This document shows positions 1 through 9,299 of a DNA stretch of 64,000 nucleotides, one piece after another (the first letter of the stretch is position 1; each line of letters starts with the position of its first letter). The stretch is from Rhodospirillales bacterium. GTDB lineage: Bacteria; Pseudomonadota; Alphaproteobacteria; JAJFIK01. A program made the position numbers and the translations under genes. The stretch covers positions 7,620 through 71,619 of the forward strand of contig JAJFIK010000012.1 of NCBI GenBank assembly GCA_021775005.1. Direction: 5' to 3'. The notes beneath the pieces are model-generated. The model did no database searches. It was not told the origin of the DNA and worked only from the letters and a program-made list of their open reading frames with translations.

Positions 1-558
1 ATTATGTTGCCGGTGTCCGCCTTTGCCATTGTGGCGGCCATGCTGGTTTTTGCCTTTGTCTATGAGTCCGATGACCGCCTGACGGTGCGTTTTTCAAACG
101 TGCAGCAGGTCGACAATGATCTGCGCATGGTCAACCCGCAGTTTTCTGGCGTTGATGCCGAGCGTCGGCCGTTTCTCGTGACCGCCGAGGCAGCCATTCA
201 AGACCCGCAAAACCTCCGGGCGGTGACTTTGCAAACCTTGCAAGCGGATATGGCGCTGAGCCCGACCGCTTGGGTTTCGGTTAACGCCGACGAGGGTCTG
301 CTTGATACGGAATCTGAGACCCTGACCCTTGCAGGCTCCATCGATGTTTATTCCGATACCGGCTATGAGTTCCACATGGAGCGCGCCACCATCGACTTTA
401 ATGAGCACCGCGTCGAGACGCAGAGCCCCGTTGTGGGCCAGGGGCCGCTGGGCACCTTGCGTGCTGACCGTTTTATAGCTGAGGATACGGGCCAGAACCT
501 CAGATTCGACGGAAATGTCCGGATGCGAATTTTTCCGCCCGCCCGCAGTGACGACTAG
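1..558 (+). CDS. lptC: LPS export protein LptC (N-terminus probably cut by the window edge)
   Basis: Frame open from base 1; TM segment then jellyroll-like 'MVNPQFSG...TAEAA...LAGSIDV...FDGNVRM'; directly upstream of lptA-lptB. Confidence 0.85.
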   Translation: MMLPVSAFAIVAAMLVFAFVYESDDRLTVRFSNVQQVDNDLRMVNPQFSGVDAERRPFLVTAEAAIQDPQNLRAVTLQTLQADMALSPTAWVSVNADEGLLDTESETLTLAGSIDVYSDTGYEFHMERATIDFNEHRVETQSPVVGQGPLGTLRADRFIAEDTGQNLRFDGNVRMRIFPPARSDD

Positions 559-622
559 CCGGCCTTCAAAGCGGCAGTTGCCAGGCGAACGGCCACAATA
601 ACGAAGGTATGACACGGGCTTT

Positions 623-1198
623 ATGATGCGCCTTCTTGTTCTCCCAATACTCCTCATCGCTGTGATCGCGGCACCGCCGGCCGTTGCGCAAACCGGTTTT
701 TTGAGTGCGGGCGGTCAGCCCATTGATACTTCCGCCCCCATTGAAGTTGCCGCCGACTCCCTTGAGGTGCGGCAAGAAGATCAAGTCGCTGTATTTGAAG
801 GCAATGTGGATGCCAACCAAGGCGAGTTGCGCTTGCAGGCAAATGAACTTGAAGTGCACTACCTTTCCGGCGGCGGCGCTGGGGGTGAAATTACCCAACT
901 AAACGCGCGCGGCAATGTGCACGTTTCAAGTCCCCGTGAAACCGCGCGCGGCGACTCGGCGGTTTATGATGTGCTCCAAGAACAAGTCACCATGGTCGGC
1001 AATGTTGTGTTGAGCCAGGGCGCCAATGTTATTCAAGGCGACCGGCTTACCATTGACCTTGTCACCGGGCGCAGCCGCATTGAAGGCAGCGTCAACGCGG
1101 CGGGCGAATCCGGCGATAGCGATGGTCGCGTTCGGGGTTTGTTTACCATACCGAGCGATGAGCCGAGTGACGGTGATACTCCGTCCTCGGACGAATGA
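623..1198 (+). CDS. lptA: LPS transport periplasmic protein LptA (OstA family)
   Basis: Signal peptide; 'PIEVAADSL...AVFEGNVDANQG...ARGNV...GNVVLSQG...GDRLTIDL...RVRGLF'; position in lptCAB. Confidence 0.9.
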   Translation: MMRLLVLPILLIAVIAAPPAVAQTGFLSAGGQPIDTSAPIEVAADSLEVRQEDQVAVFEGNVDANQGELRLQANELEVHYLSGGGAGGEITQLNARGNVHVSSPRETARGDSAVYDVLQEQVTMVGNVVLSQGANVIQGDRLTIDLVTGRSRIEGSVNAAGESGDSDGRVRGLFTIPSDEPSDGDTPSSDE

Positions 1199-1279
1199 TA
1201 TGAAGGCGCTCATATTAAACGCGGCTTCATGCAATTTTAAGCGGATTGGCTTCATATGGGCGCTCGTTGGGGCAAGAGC

Positions 1280-2068
1280 ATGACTGACAATTCAAATACG
1301 GATGTTACGTCCGAGCTTGAAGAGGGCCCCCGGCTCATCGCTGAATCCAAAGGTCTTGTTGTTGAGACCATTGGCAAGTCTTTCAAGCGTCGGCCGGTGG
1401 TTCGTGGAGTTTCGCTTACGCTGCAACGTGGTGAGGTGGTGGGTCTATTGGGTCCTAATGGGGCTGGTAAGACGACCTGCTTTTATATGATCACGGGGCT
1501 GATACCAGTGGACTACGGACAGATCGAACTTGATGGACATGACGTGACGAAATTGCCGATGTATCGGCGGTCGCGGCTTGGCATTGGCTATCTGCCGCAG
1601 GAATCATCAATCTTCCGCGGTCTAACGGTTGAGGAAAATTTGCGCGCCGTTGTTGAACTTGTTGAACCTGAAGCGGACAAGCGCCGCATGATGGTTGACG
1701 ATCTTCTGGCCGAATTTTCTATCACCCATTTGCGCACAACGCCGGCACTTGCCCTTTCGGGCGGGGAACGTCGGCGGGTTGAAATAGCGCGGGCGCTCGC
1801 CGCCAACCCTGCCTTTATGTTGCTTGATGAGCCCTTCGCGGGCATCGATCCGATTGCGATCGGCGATATTCGCGAACTTGTCGGCCACTTGAAGGACCGG
1901 GGTATCGGCGTGCTCATCACCGATCACAATGTACGGGAAACTTTGGACCTCATTGACCGGGCCTACATCATTCATGATGGCCAGGTGATTATGGAAGGTA
2001 CCCCCGACGAGATTATCGGCAATGAGCAGGTGCGCAGGGTATACCTGGGCGACCGCTTTACACTGTAA
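1280..2068 (+). CDS. lptB: LPS export ABC transporter ATPase LptB
   Basis: Walker A GPNGAGKTT, LSGGERRRVEIAR, DEPFAGIDP, ITDHNVRETL, C-terminal VYLG; upstream of rpoN. Confidence 0.97.
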   Translation: MTDNSNTDVTSELEEGPRLIAESKGLVVETIGKSFKRRPVVRGVSLTLQRGEVVGLLGPNGAGKTTCFYMITGLIPVDYGQIELDGHDVTKLPMYRRSRLGIGYLPQESSIFRGLTVEENLRAVVELVEPEADKRRMMVDDLLAEFSITHLRTTPALALSGGERRRVEIARALAANPAFMLLDEPFAGIDPIAIGDIRELVGHLKDRGIGVLITDHNVRETLDLIDRAYIIHDGQVIMEGTPDEIIGNEQVRRVYLGDRFTL

Positions 2069-2079
2069 GGGGCGGGGCG

Positions 2080-3597
2080 ATGGCACTCACTCCCCGTTTG
2101 GAAATGCGCCAAGGCCAGTCATTGGTCATGACGCCGCAACTGCAGCAAGCGATCAAACTTCTACAATTCTCAAATCTTGAGCTTGCGGCCTATGTGGAAG
2201 CAGAGCTTGAAAAGAACCCGCTTTTGGAACGGGCCCGGGACGAAAGCGAGCGGGCAGATGGTGAAGCCCCGGTTTCTGTCAGCGAGGCGTTGGATACACG
2301 CGCCTGCGACGTGGCGGTTCAGTCCGAAAATCACCCGGTCAATGATGCTGAATTCAATACCAACAACGACAATGCCAACAATGGCGAAAGCCCAATGGGC
2401 CAGGGCGAATCGGCAGAGGCAGGTGGGACCATGGATTGGTCCAGTGTGGGCAGTGGCGGCGGGACAAGTTTTTCAGGGCAAGCGCGGGATTTAGAAGCCA
2501 CCCTGTCGGATCAGTTGAGTTTGCGTGATCATCTTCTTGAGCAACTCAACGTGGCGACCAGCGATCCCACCTTGCGCCTGATCGGCTCTGATCTCATTGA
2601 TCAGATCGACGAAGGGGGCTATTTTCGCGGGGCCGTTGGTGATGTGGCAATGCGTTTGGGCGCAGCGCCAGAAGCGGTGGAGCAAGTCCTCAAGACTTGT
2701 CAGGCGTTTGAGCCTACCGGCGTCATGGCACGGGATCTGGGGGAATGCCTTGCGCTGCAGCTAGCAGAAAAAGATCGCCTTGACCCCGCAATGGTGCGAT
2801 TGCTCGCCAATCTTGAGCTGCTGGCCAAACATGATTTGCAATCACTTGTGCGTATCTGCGAATTGGATGCTGATGATGTGGTTGATATGATCAGCGAAAT
2901 TCGCGCGCTCAATCCCAAACCAGGATTATCGTTTGGCGGCGAAGCGGCGCAAACCGTGGTGCCTGATGTATTCGTACGCCAAGCGTCAGATGGCAGCTGG
3001 CGGGTGGAGCTTAACTCGGACACCTTGCCGCGCGTTCTTGTGGATTCGCATTACTATGCAGAAGTTTCAGGCAAAACGAAGGACGTTCAGTCGAGAACTT
3101 TTTTGACGGAGTGTTATTCCAGTGCCAATTGGCTCATCAAGAGTCTTGATCAACGGGCCAAAACTATTTTGAAAGTCGCAATTGAGATTGTGAAGCAACA
3201 AGACGGCTTTTTCGCACACGGGGTTCAACACCTCCGTCCGCTCAATCTAAAAACAGTGGCTGACGCCATTGAGATGCACGAAAGCACAGTCAGTCGCGTG
3301 ACCTCAAACAAGTACATGGCGACGTCGCGCGGCATCTTTGAATTGAAATATTTTTTCACCTCCTCCATTCAATCAACCGGCGATGGTGAGGCCCATTCGG
3401 CCGAAGCTGTGCGACATCGCATCAAGGGTTTGATTGATGCGGAAACGTTGCGTGATGTGCTGTCTGATGATCGTATTGTCACTTTACTGAAAAGTGATGG
3501 AATCGACATTGCCCGCCGCACCGTCGCGAAGTATCGTGAAGCCATGAGAATACCTTCGTCGGTGCAACGGCGCCGGGCGAAAAAGGCTTCTGCATAA
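2080..3597 (+). CDS. rpoN: RNA polymerase sigma-54 factor
   Basis: N-terminal MTPQLQQAIKLLQ, HESTVSRV HTH and RpoN box ARRTVAKYRE. Confidence 0.98.
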   Translation: MALTPRLEMRQGQSLVMTPQLQQAIKLLQFSNLELAAYVEAELEKNPLLERARDESERADGEAPVSVSEALDTRACDVAVQSENHPVNDAEFNTNNDNANNGESPMGQGESAEAGGTMDWSSVGSGGGTSFSGQARDLEATLSDQLSLRDHLLEQLNVATSDPTLRLIGSDLIDQIDEGGYFRGAVGDVAMRLGAAPEAVEQVLKTCQAFEPTGVMARDLGECLALQLAEKDRLDPAMVRLLANLELLAKHDLQSLVRICELDADDVVDMISEIRALNPKPGLSFGGEAAQTVVPDVFVRQASDGSWRVELNSDTLPRVLVDSHYYAEVSGKTKDVQSRTFLTECYSSANWLIKSLDQRAKTILKVAIEIVKQQDGFFAHGVQHLRPLNLKTVADAIEMHESTVSRVTSNKYMATSRGIFELKYFFTSSIQSTGDGEAHSAEAVRHRIKGLIDAETLRDVLSDDRIVTLLKSDGIDIARRTVAKYREAMRIPSSVQRRRAKKASA

Positions 3598-3750
3598 AGG
3601 GGTTAGCGCGTGTGAAGCAGCCCGGTTGACATCGCGCAGGGCCCCCGCTTATGGTCCGGCGCCTTGCTCGAAGGCGAGGGCGCAAAATGAACAAAACAAT
3701 GCCTATACTTCGCCTATCGGGACCACCACCGATTATGCTACGGACGATCT

Positions 3751-4335
3751 ATGCAAATTCACATTAGTGGCAAAAGTATCGACACTGGCGACGCCTTGCG
3801 CGCGCATGTGACAGACAGGCTCAACGATGCCGTCGACAAATATTTCGACCGTTCGGTTGACGCTCATGTCACCTTTTCAAAGGAAGGCTTTGCCTTCCGC
3901 TGTGATGCGCAGGTTCATTTGAGCTCAGGCATGGTGCTGCAAGCGCATGGGGAGTCGGCGGAGGTTTATGCCGCTTTCGATAATGCGCTGGAGCGCATGG
4001 AAAAACGCCTGCGTCGCTACAAGCGCCGCCTTAAAAACCATCACAATTCCAAGGACAGCGGACGCGCCTTTTTTGATGCGCCCTCTTTTGTTATTCAGCC
4101 TGATGATCAAGACGAAAGTGAAGACACAGGCAACGCAGAACCAATTATTATTGCAGAAGAAACCAAGCGCGTGCAAAGCCTGTCGGTTGGCGACGCGGTG
4201 ATGGCGATGGAATTACAAGATTCGCCCGTACTTTTGTTTGAAAACAGTGCTCATGGAAAATTAAACTTGGTCTATCGTCGCGCAGACGGCAATATCGGCT
4301 GGGTGGATCTACCTGGTGGGTCAAAGGACGCGTAA
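3751..4335 (+). CDS. hpf: Ribosome hibernation promoting factor (long HPF/RaiA)
   Basis: 'MQIHISGKSIDTGDALR...EKRLRRYKRRLK' plus C-terminal 'VYRRADGNIGW'; downstream of rpoN. Confidence 0.95.
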   Translation: MQIHISGKSIDTGDALRAHVTDRLNDAVDKYFDRSVDAHVTFSKEGFAFRCDAQVHLSSGMVLQAHGESAEVYAAFDNALERMEKRLRRYKRRLKNHHNSKDSGRAFFDAPSFVIQPDDQDESEDTGNAEPIIIAEETKRVQSLSVGDAVMAMELQDSPVLLFENSAHGKLNLVYRRADGNIGWVDLPGGSKDA

Positions 4336-4415
4336 TGCAAGTTAGTCATTTGGGGGCCCGCCGGCGTCATATCGTGCGGACTGGAAGCGGACAAAAACAG
4401 TTAGGAACGAGCAGG

Positions 4416-4883
4416 ATGGATCTATCTGATCTCGTCATTGCCGAGGGCATGATCTCCAATCTCAAAGCCACCAGTAAGAAACAAGCGCTGCAAGTGCTTG
4501 CGACCAAGGCTGCAAGTATTTTTTCGCTTGAGGAGCCGGTGGTGCTTGATCTTTTGTTGGAGCGTGAGCGCCTTGGTACCACAGGCGTCGGCAATGGCGT
4601 TGCCATTCCCCATGCTAAAGTCCCTGGCTTGGCAGAACCGCGAGGGGTTTTTGCGCGCCTTGATCAGCCCGTGGACTTCGATGCCATTGATGATCAGCCA
4701 GTTGATATTATTTTTCTACTGCTTGCCCCCGAAGGGGCTGGCGCAGAGCACCTAAAGGCACTGGCGCGCGTGAGCCGTATGTTCCGCAATGGATCGCTTT
4801 GTGAGAAACTGCGCGGGAGCCACGACAAGACAGCGCTGTTTGCGCTTTTGTCTGAGCCGGCTGAGCCGACAGCCGTCGCCTAA
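4416..4883 (+). CDS. ptsN: PTS EIIA-Ntr nitrogen regulatory protein
   Basis: 'ERERLGTTGVGNGVAIPHA' phospho-His motif, 'HLKALARVSR'; start moved to ATG 4416. Confidence 0.95.
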   Translation: MDLSDLVIAEGMISNLKATSKKQALQVLATKAASIFSLEEPVVLDLLLERERLGTTGVGNGVAIPHAKVPGLAEPRGVFARLDQPVDFDAIDDQPVDIIFLLLAPEGAGAEHLKALARVSRMFRNGSLCEKLRGSHDKTALFALLSEPAEPTAVA

Positions 4884-4892
4884 CTATCAAGA

Positions 4893-5168
4893 CTAATGAA
4901 CGCTAACCGGTTCTAGCTCATGCTGGAGCGCGGCGGCGAAAGCTGCTTCGCGCCCGTCTATGAGCGCCATGGGTGTGCCATCGGCGGCATGAACTGCAAA
5001 AAGATCAGCGCCTTCTGGTATTTCACTCACGTCATTGATTTGGTCGGCCAGGTCTTCGGCACGCACAGCTTTGACATAGACCACTTTCGGGGCACCAAGT
5101 TTAGCCAATGCCTCCAGGCTGATGTGAATCGGGTTCACCGCATTTGCGATTGTTTTTGGGATAGACAT
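4893..5168 (-). CDS. DUF1150 family protein
   Basis: 'LAKLGAPKVVYVK...LFAVHAADGTPMAL...AFAAA...PVSVH'; typical partner downstream of hsp20 in alphaproteobacteria. Confidence 0.85.
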   Translation of the reverse strand: MSIPKTIANAVNPIHISLEALAKLGAPKVVYVKAVRAEDLADQINDVSEIPEGADLFAVHAADGTPMALIDGREAAFAAALQHELEPVSVH

Positions 5169-5219
5169 TTTCGTACTCCTTCCTCCGGCTTCCATGGGAG
5201 CGCCGGGATACATCGCCGC

Positions 5220-5693
5220 CTAGCTTGCTTCCTTTGTTTTCGCCAAATGAATGCGCTGTGGCCCGGCCTCCACATCGCCTTCTGCCTCGCCGGTATCAAT
5301 TTCGATTTGCTTCACGCTCACTTGCGGCGTCGGGCGCTCAAGGTCGATGCATAAGAGGCCGTTGCTCAGCCCGGCGTGGGAAATTTCAATGCCGTCCGCC
5401 AGCACAAAAGCGCGGCGAAATTTGCGTGCGGCAATCCCGCGGTGCAGAAACTCACGATCAACTTCATCTTCTTGTTCACCGGCAATGACGAGCTGATTGT
5501 CTTCAACGGTGACGGCGAGGTCTTCTTTCGCGAATCCGGCAACAGCAAGCGTAATGCGCAAGGCATTCTCGCCTGTCTGCTCAATGTTGTAGGGCGGATA
5601 GCCATCGCCTGCGGATTTGGCCACGCGATCAAGCACACGCTCAATTTGGTCAAATCCCAGCAAGAAGGGGCTGTTGAAATAAGCGCGGCTCAT
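5220..5693 (-). CDS. Small heat shock protein (Hsp20/IbpA-like)
   Basis: 'SPFLLGFD...YPPYNIEQ...LAVAGF...FLHRGIAARKFRRAFVLADG...NGLLCIDL'; ATG at 5693 preceded by AAGGA. Confidence 0.95.
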   Translation of the reverse strand: MSRAYFNSPFLLGFDQIERVLDRVAKSAGDGYPPYNIEQTGENALRITLAVAGFAKEDLAVTVEDNQLVIAGEQEDEVDREFLHRGIAARKFRRAFVLADGIEISHAGLSNGLLCIDLERPTPQVSVKQIEIDTGEAEGDVEAGPQRIHLAKTKEAS

Positions 5694-5758
5694 GGTTTTT
5701 GTCCTTTTCCAAGCGACGCTGCCGTCAAGCCCTCTCCATGAGGCGCTCAACACGGCAG
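5694..5758 (-). promoter_or_regulatory. ROSE-like RNA thermometer in hsp20 5' UTR
   Basis: Minus strand: 5' hairpin CUGCC..GUUGAGC..GCUUGAC.GGCAG, then GUC(G)CUU-GGAA-AAGGAC pairing the SD with a bulged G. Confidence 0.7.
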
Positions 5759-5973
5759 AAAATATAACCTTCTGGCCCAGGTCACCCCGGCACCGTCCCC
5801 CTAGAGGTGGGGGCCATCGGTCCTCAAATCAAGGGGGGAGGGCCCGCCCATGGCCTCAATTCTACCCCAATTGGGCGTGTGGATGAGCATTCTGGAGTGT
5901 TGCTGATTTGAGGGAATCAGCTGCAAATTTCCCCCGGGGTGGGACAGCCCGATCTGACGACCATGGAGCCCCT

Positions 5974-8733
5974 ATGTGGGAATACGCCATTCTGCTCGTC
6001 CTCTGGCTGGTCATTGCGCCGCTTCTTGGCGTAATTGCCTATTTCCGGAAGGACCATGCGCGCGCAGCCGAAAATATCAGTAATCTTCAAGACAAATTGC
6101 GCCAGCTCACGCTGCGGGTTGCGGAGCTAGAGAGCCCAGGCGCCGCAGCGACCACAGCCCGCGAGGCTGTTCCGCCGCGCGATGACGTTGAGCCAGATGC
6201 GATTGAGCAAAGCCCTCACGCCGCTGCGAACCATAGCGCAGAAGAAGAAGCGCAACCCCAAGCCGCTTTAAGCAGTGCTCCCGCAGCCGCTCAAAAAACC
6301 AGCACGCGCAGCGAGGCCATGTTTGCGTCGCGCTGGCTGGTTTGGCTCGGCGGCATTGCAATTGCCATCGGTGGAGCCTTTCTCGTGTCCTTATCAGTAG
6401 AGGCGGGTTGGCTGGGCCCGGCGCAGCGCATTGGCGCAGCCATTCTTCTCGGCATCCTCTCTATTGCGGCCGGTGAATACACTCGTCATCGCCCCTTGGC
6501 CCGCGTCGCCGCTGCCCTCAATGCCAACACCATTCCCGCCGCGCTGACGGCTGCAGGTATCGCCATTACATTCGCCGCCATTTACGGCGGTTATGCGCTT
6601 TATGGATTTTTCGGCGCTCTGCCTACCTTCGCAATGCTGTCATTGACAGCATTGGTGGCGGTCGCGCTCGCGTTGCTTCATGACCGCTATGGTAGCTTCA
6701 TTGCCGCATTGGGGCTCTTGGGGGCATATGCAGTTCCCTTGCTGGTGCAAACTGGATCTCCTGATGCCGCCGGGCTCTTCCTCTATGTTGGGCTTATCAA
6801 CGTCGCCGCGCTTTCGTTACTCCGGTGGCGGGGTTGGATGTGGCTCGGCTGGGGTGTCTTTGTCGGCGCAATAGCCTGGCCGATATTGTTTGAGGCTAAC
6901 GCCGCAATCGGCGTGCTGGAAATTCGCGTGTTGGGAATATACGCCGTTGCCTCCTCGGGCATTGCCGCGCTCATTTTGAGTCTTGGGCGTTCCTTCCCAA
7001 ACATTCTGCTTGCCGATCCAAAAACCTATCCTTCGATCACAAAAGCATCGGGGATTTGGATTTCTATCCTTGGCACCGTTGCGGCGGCGGCGCTGCTGGT
7101 CATGCTGGCGCTCGCCCCAGAATTTACAAACACCGCGATACTCAATGTTGTTTGGGGGGCGATTATATTTACCACGTTGGCGGCATTGGTGCGCCCGCTA
7201 TTTCCCATCGCGCTCGTGAGCATCGCCATGATGGGCGCTGTCATTATTCTTTGGCCGCTGGGGAACCAAATTGGTATTGAGTTAAGCCCAAAATTGTTTT
7301 CTCGTAACGTGGTGGGCGATGTGGAAATGTTCCCTGCCGCGACCCTTCCACTGCTGCAAGTCACCGCTGCAGCAATGCTGGGTATTTTCCTCACAGGCAT
7401 GGCGAAGCTATGGCATGAGCGTCCGGGATATTGGGGTGCAATTGCGGCTCTTGCACCATTGCTCCTTTTCGTTCTTGCCTATGTGCGGTTGGCAGCATAC
7501 CCCCATAGTTTTTCATGGAGCTATGCCGCGCTCGCCCTTACTGTTGGTTTCGAAATTGCGGCCTATTTGATTTGGCGCGTTCGCGATCGCGGTGCCCTGG
7601 ACCATGCCCTTGCTGCCATGTTGTTTGGAGTGACGGCATCTTTGTCGCTCTTCATTGCGCTGACGCTGGAACAAGCCTGGATGACCGTAGCCCTTTCATT
7701 GCAGGTTCCCGTGCTGGCCTATATTCATCGCCGTCTAAACGTGCCTGTCCTGCGCCTTATCGCAGGCTTGATCGCCACGTTGGTTATCATCAGGCTTTTG
7801 TTTAATGCTGATGTAACAAATTACGCTCTGCCGGTGGATGGCTCGCTGCTGAACTGGATTTGGTATGGCTATGGTGTGCCTGCGCTTGCATTTGTTTTTG
7901 GCGCGCGCTGGTTTGAAGACAAAGCGCGCAATTTTCATGCCGTTGGCTTGATGAAAGCCGCTGCCGTTGGGTTGGCGGTAGTCATGGTCACATTGGAAGT
8001 TCGTGTGCTGGCGTCTGATGGCGTATGGAATCCAAATACCTACTCGCTACTGGAGTCTGCTTTGGATGTGATTGCCTGGTCGGCCATCGGCCTGGCGCTA
8101 TACGCGTTTGTAAAATCCCCTTCAGCTGTCATCAAAATCGCGCGCGGGGCTCTGGTTCGATATGCCGCTATCCATGCAGTGGTGGTGCATCTCATACTTT
8201 TCAATCCGCTTTGGTCGCGAATTGAAGTCAGCCAATTGCCGCTGTTTAATGTCCTGGGGTTGGCCTATTTGGCGCCGGCGCTCATCGCTGCATTTGTAAC
8301 TCTCGTTAGCTTGACGCGAGCTGCCAAGGATCGATTTGTGCCCGTTAAATTGTCCAGCGGCATCGCAGCGCTTATGGCATTTGCCTATGTGAATTTTGAG
8401 ATACGCGCCATGTTCCACGACGGTGTACTTGGCGGTTGGGGTGTCACCCAGCCCGAACTCTATACTTATTCCGGGGCGTGGTTTTTAATGGCCGCGGCGC
8501 TGCTGACGGCGGGAATTGCCTGGCAGGGCCGCCAGCTCCGCTTTGCCGGGTTGGCAATGCTGGCGCTCGTCGTTGCAAAGGTTTTCCTGATTGACATGTC
8601 TCAGCTTGAAGGCATTTTCCGCGTTCTCTCGTTCATTGGGCTCGGCGCGGGCCTGGTGGTAATAGGGTATGCCTATCAGCGCTTTGTCTTGCCCGCTGCA
8701 TCTGATGAGTCTGAAGTGGATTTGTCTCATTGA
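5974..8733 (+). CDS. DUF2339 family polytopic membrane protein
   Basis: N-terminal TM, coiled coil and Ala/Pro linker; 'E.MFASRWLVWLGGIAI'; many TMs; C-terminal 'KVFLIDMSQLEGIFRVLSFIGLG'. Confidence 0.85.
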   Translation: MWEYAILLVLWLVIAPLLGVIAYFRKDHARAAENISNLQDKLRQLTLRVAELESPGAAATTAREAVPPRDDVEPDAIEQSPHAAANHSAEEEAQPQAALSSAPAAAQKTSTRSEAMFASRWLVWLGGIAIAIGGAFLVSLSVEAGWLGPAQRIGAAILLGILSIAAGEYTRHRPLARVAAALNANTIPAALTAAGIAITFAAIYGGYALYGFFGALPTFAMLSLTALVAVALALLHDRYGSFIAALGLLGAYAVPLLVQTGSPDAAGLFLYVGLINVAALSLLRWRGWMWLGWGVFVGAIAWPILFEANAAIGVLEIRVLGIYAVASSGIAALILSLGRSFPNILLADPKTYPSITKASGIWISILGTVAAAALLVMLALAPEFTNTAILNVVWGAIIFTTLAALVRPLFPIALVSIAMMGAVIILWPLGNQIGIELSPKLFSRNVVGDVEMFPAATLPLLQVTAAAMLGIFLTGMAKLWHERPGYWGAIAALAPLLLFVLAYVRLAAYPHSFSWSYAALALTVGFEIAAYLIWRVRDRGALDHALAAMLFGVTASLSLFIALTLEQAWMTVALSLQVPVLAYIHRRLNVPVLRLIAGLIATLVIIRLLFNADVTNYALPVDGSLLNWIWYGYGVPALAFVFGARWFEDKARNFHAVGLMKAAAVGLAVVMVTLEVRVLASDGVWNPNTYSLLESALDVIAWSAIGLALYAFVKSPSAVIKIARGALVRYAAIHAVVVHLILFNPLWSRIEVSQLPLFNVLGLAYLAPALIAAFVTLVSLTRAAKDRFVPVKLSSGIAALMAFAYVNFEIRAMFHDGVLGGWGVTQPELYTYSGAWFLMAAALLTAGIAWQGRQLRFAGLAMLALVVAKVFLIDMSQLEGIFRVLSFIGLGAGLVVIGYAYQRFVLPAASDESEVDLSH

Positions 8734-8772
8734 TCGCCAGCAGGCAAAGCCTGCCCATGAAAGGAGGTTCAG

Positions 8773-9156
8773 ATGTTTTCCCATGTCACCCTTGGAACCA
8801 ACGATATGCCGCGCGCAGTTACGTTTTACGATGCCGTGCTGGGCGCGCTGGGTCATCGACAGGAATTCAAGGTCGGCCACGCGGTGGTTTATGGCGCGAT
8901 CAAGGCCCCAAAGACGTTCATTCTCTCTCCCTTCAACGAAGCCGAAGCGGTGCCGGGCAATGGTGTGCACGTCGCCTATCTCGCCAAGTCCCGCGCTGAA
9001 GTTGATGCCTTCTTCGCCGCCGCGATGGCTCATGGCGGCACGTCAGAAGGCGACCCCGGCCTTCGGCCCCATTACCACCCAAATTACTACGGGGCCTATG
9101 TGCGCGACCCCGATGGCAACAAGCTGCAAGCGGTGTGTCACTCTGCCTCAGGGTGA
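8773..9156 (+). CDS. VOC/glyoxalase family protein
   Basis: 'FSHVTLGTND...FYDAVL...GNGVHVA...EGDPGLRPHY...YYGAYVRDPDGNKLQAV'; SD AGGAGG. Confidence 0.92.
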   Translation: MFSHVTLGTNDMPRAVTFYDAVLGALGHRQEFKVGHAVVYGAIKAPKTFILSPFNEAEAVPGNGVHVAYLAKSRAEVDAFFAAAMAHGGTSEGDPGLRPHYHPNYYGAYVRDPDGNKLQAVCHSASG

Positions 9157-9299
9157 CAATTTGCCGGTTTCGCCCATTCCCGGTAGATTTTAGGCTTTCT
9201 CATAAATGTCAAATCGATGGCGGATGGGAACAGCGTTCCCACCGATGTCCGGCTCATGACTGCTCTTGGTTCATGGGTCTTTTCAAGTGAGATGGGCTG

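Noticed and set aside
9216-9266. Fluoride riboswitch-like words (GGCGGATGG, GCTCATGACT)
   Set aside because: The pseudoknot pairing and conserved core do not fit, and the downstream gene is not a fluoride-related family; kept only as a generic structured leader.
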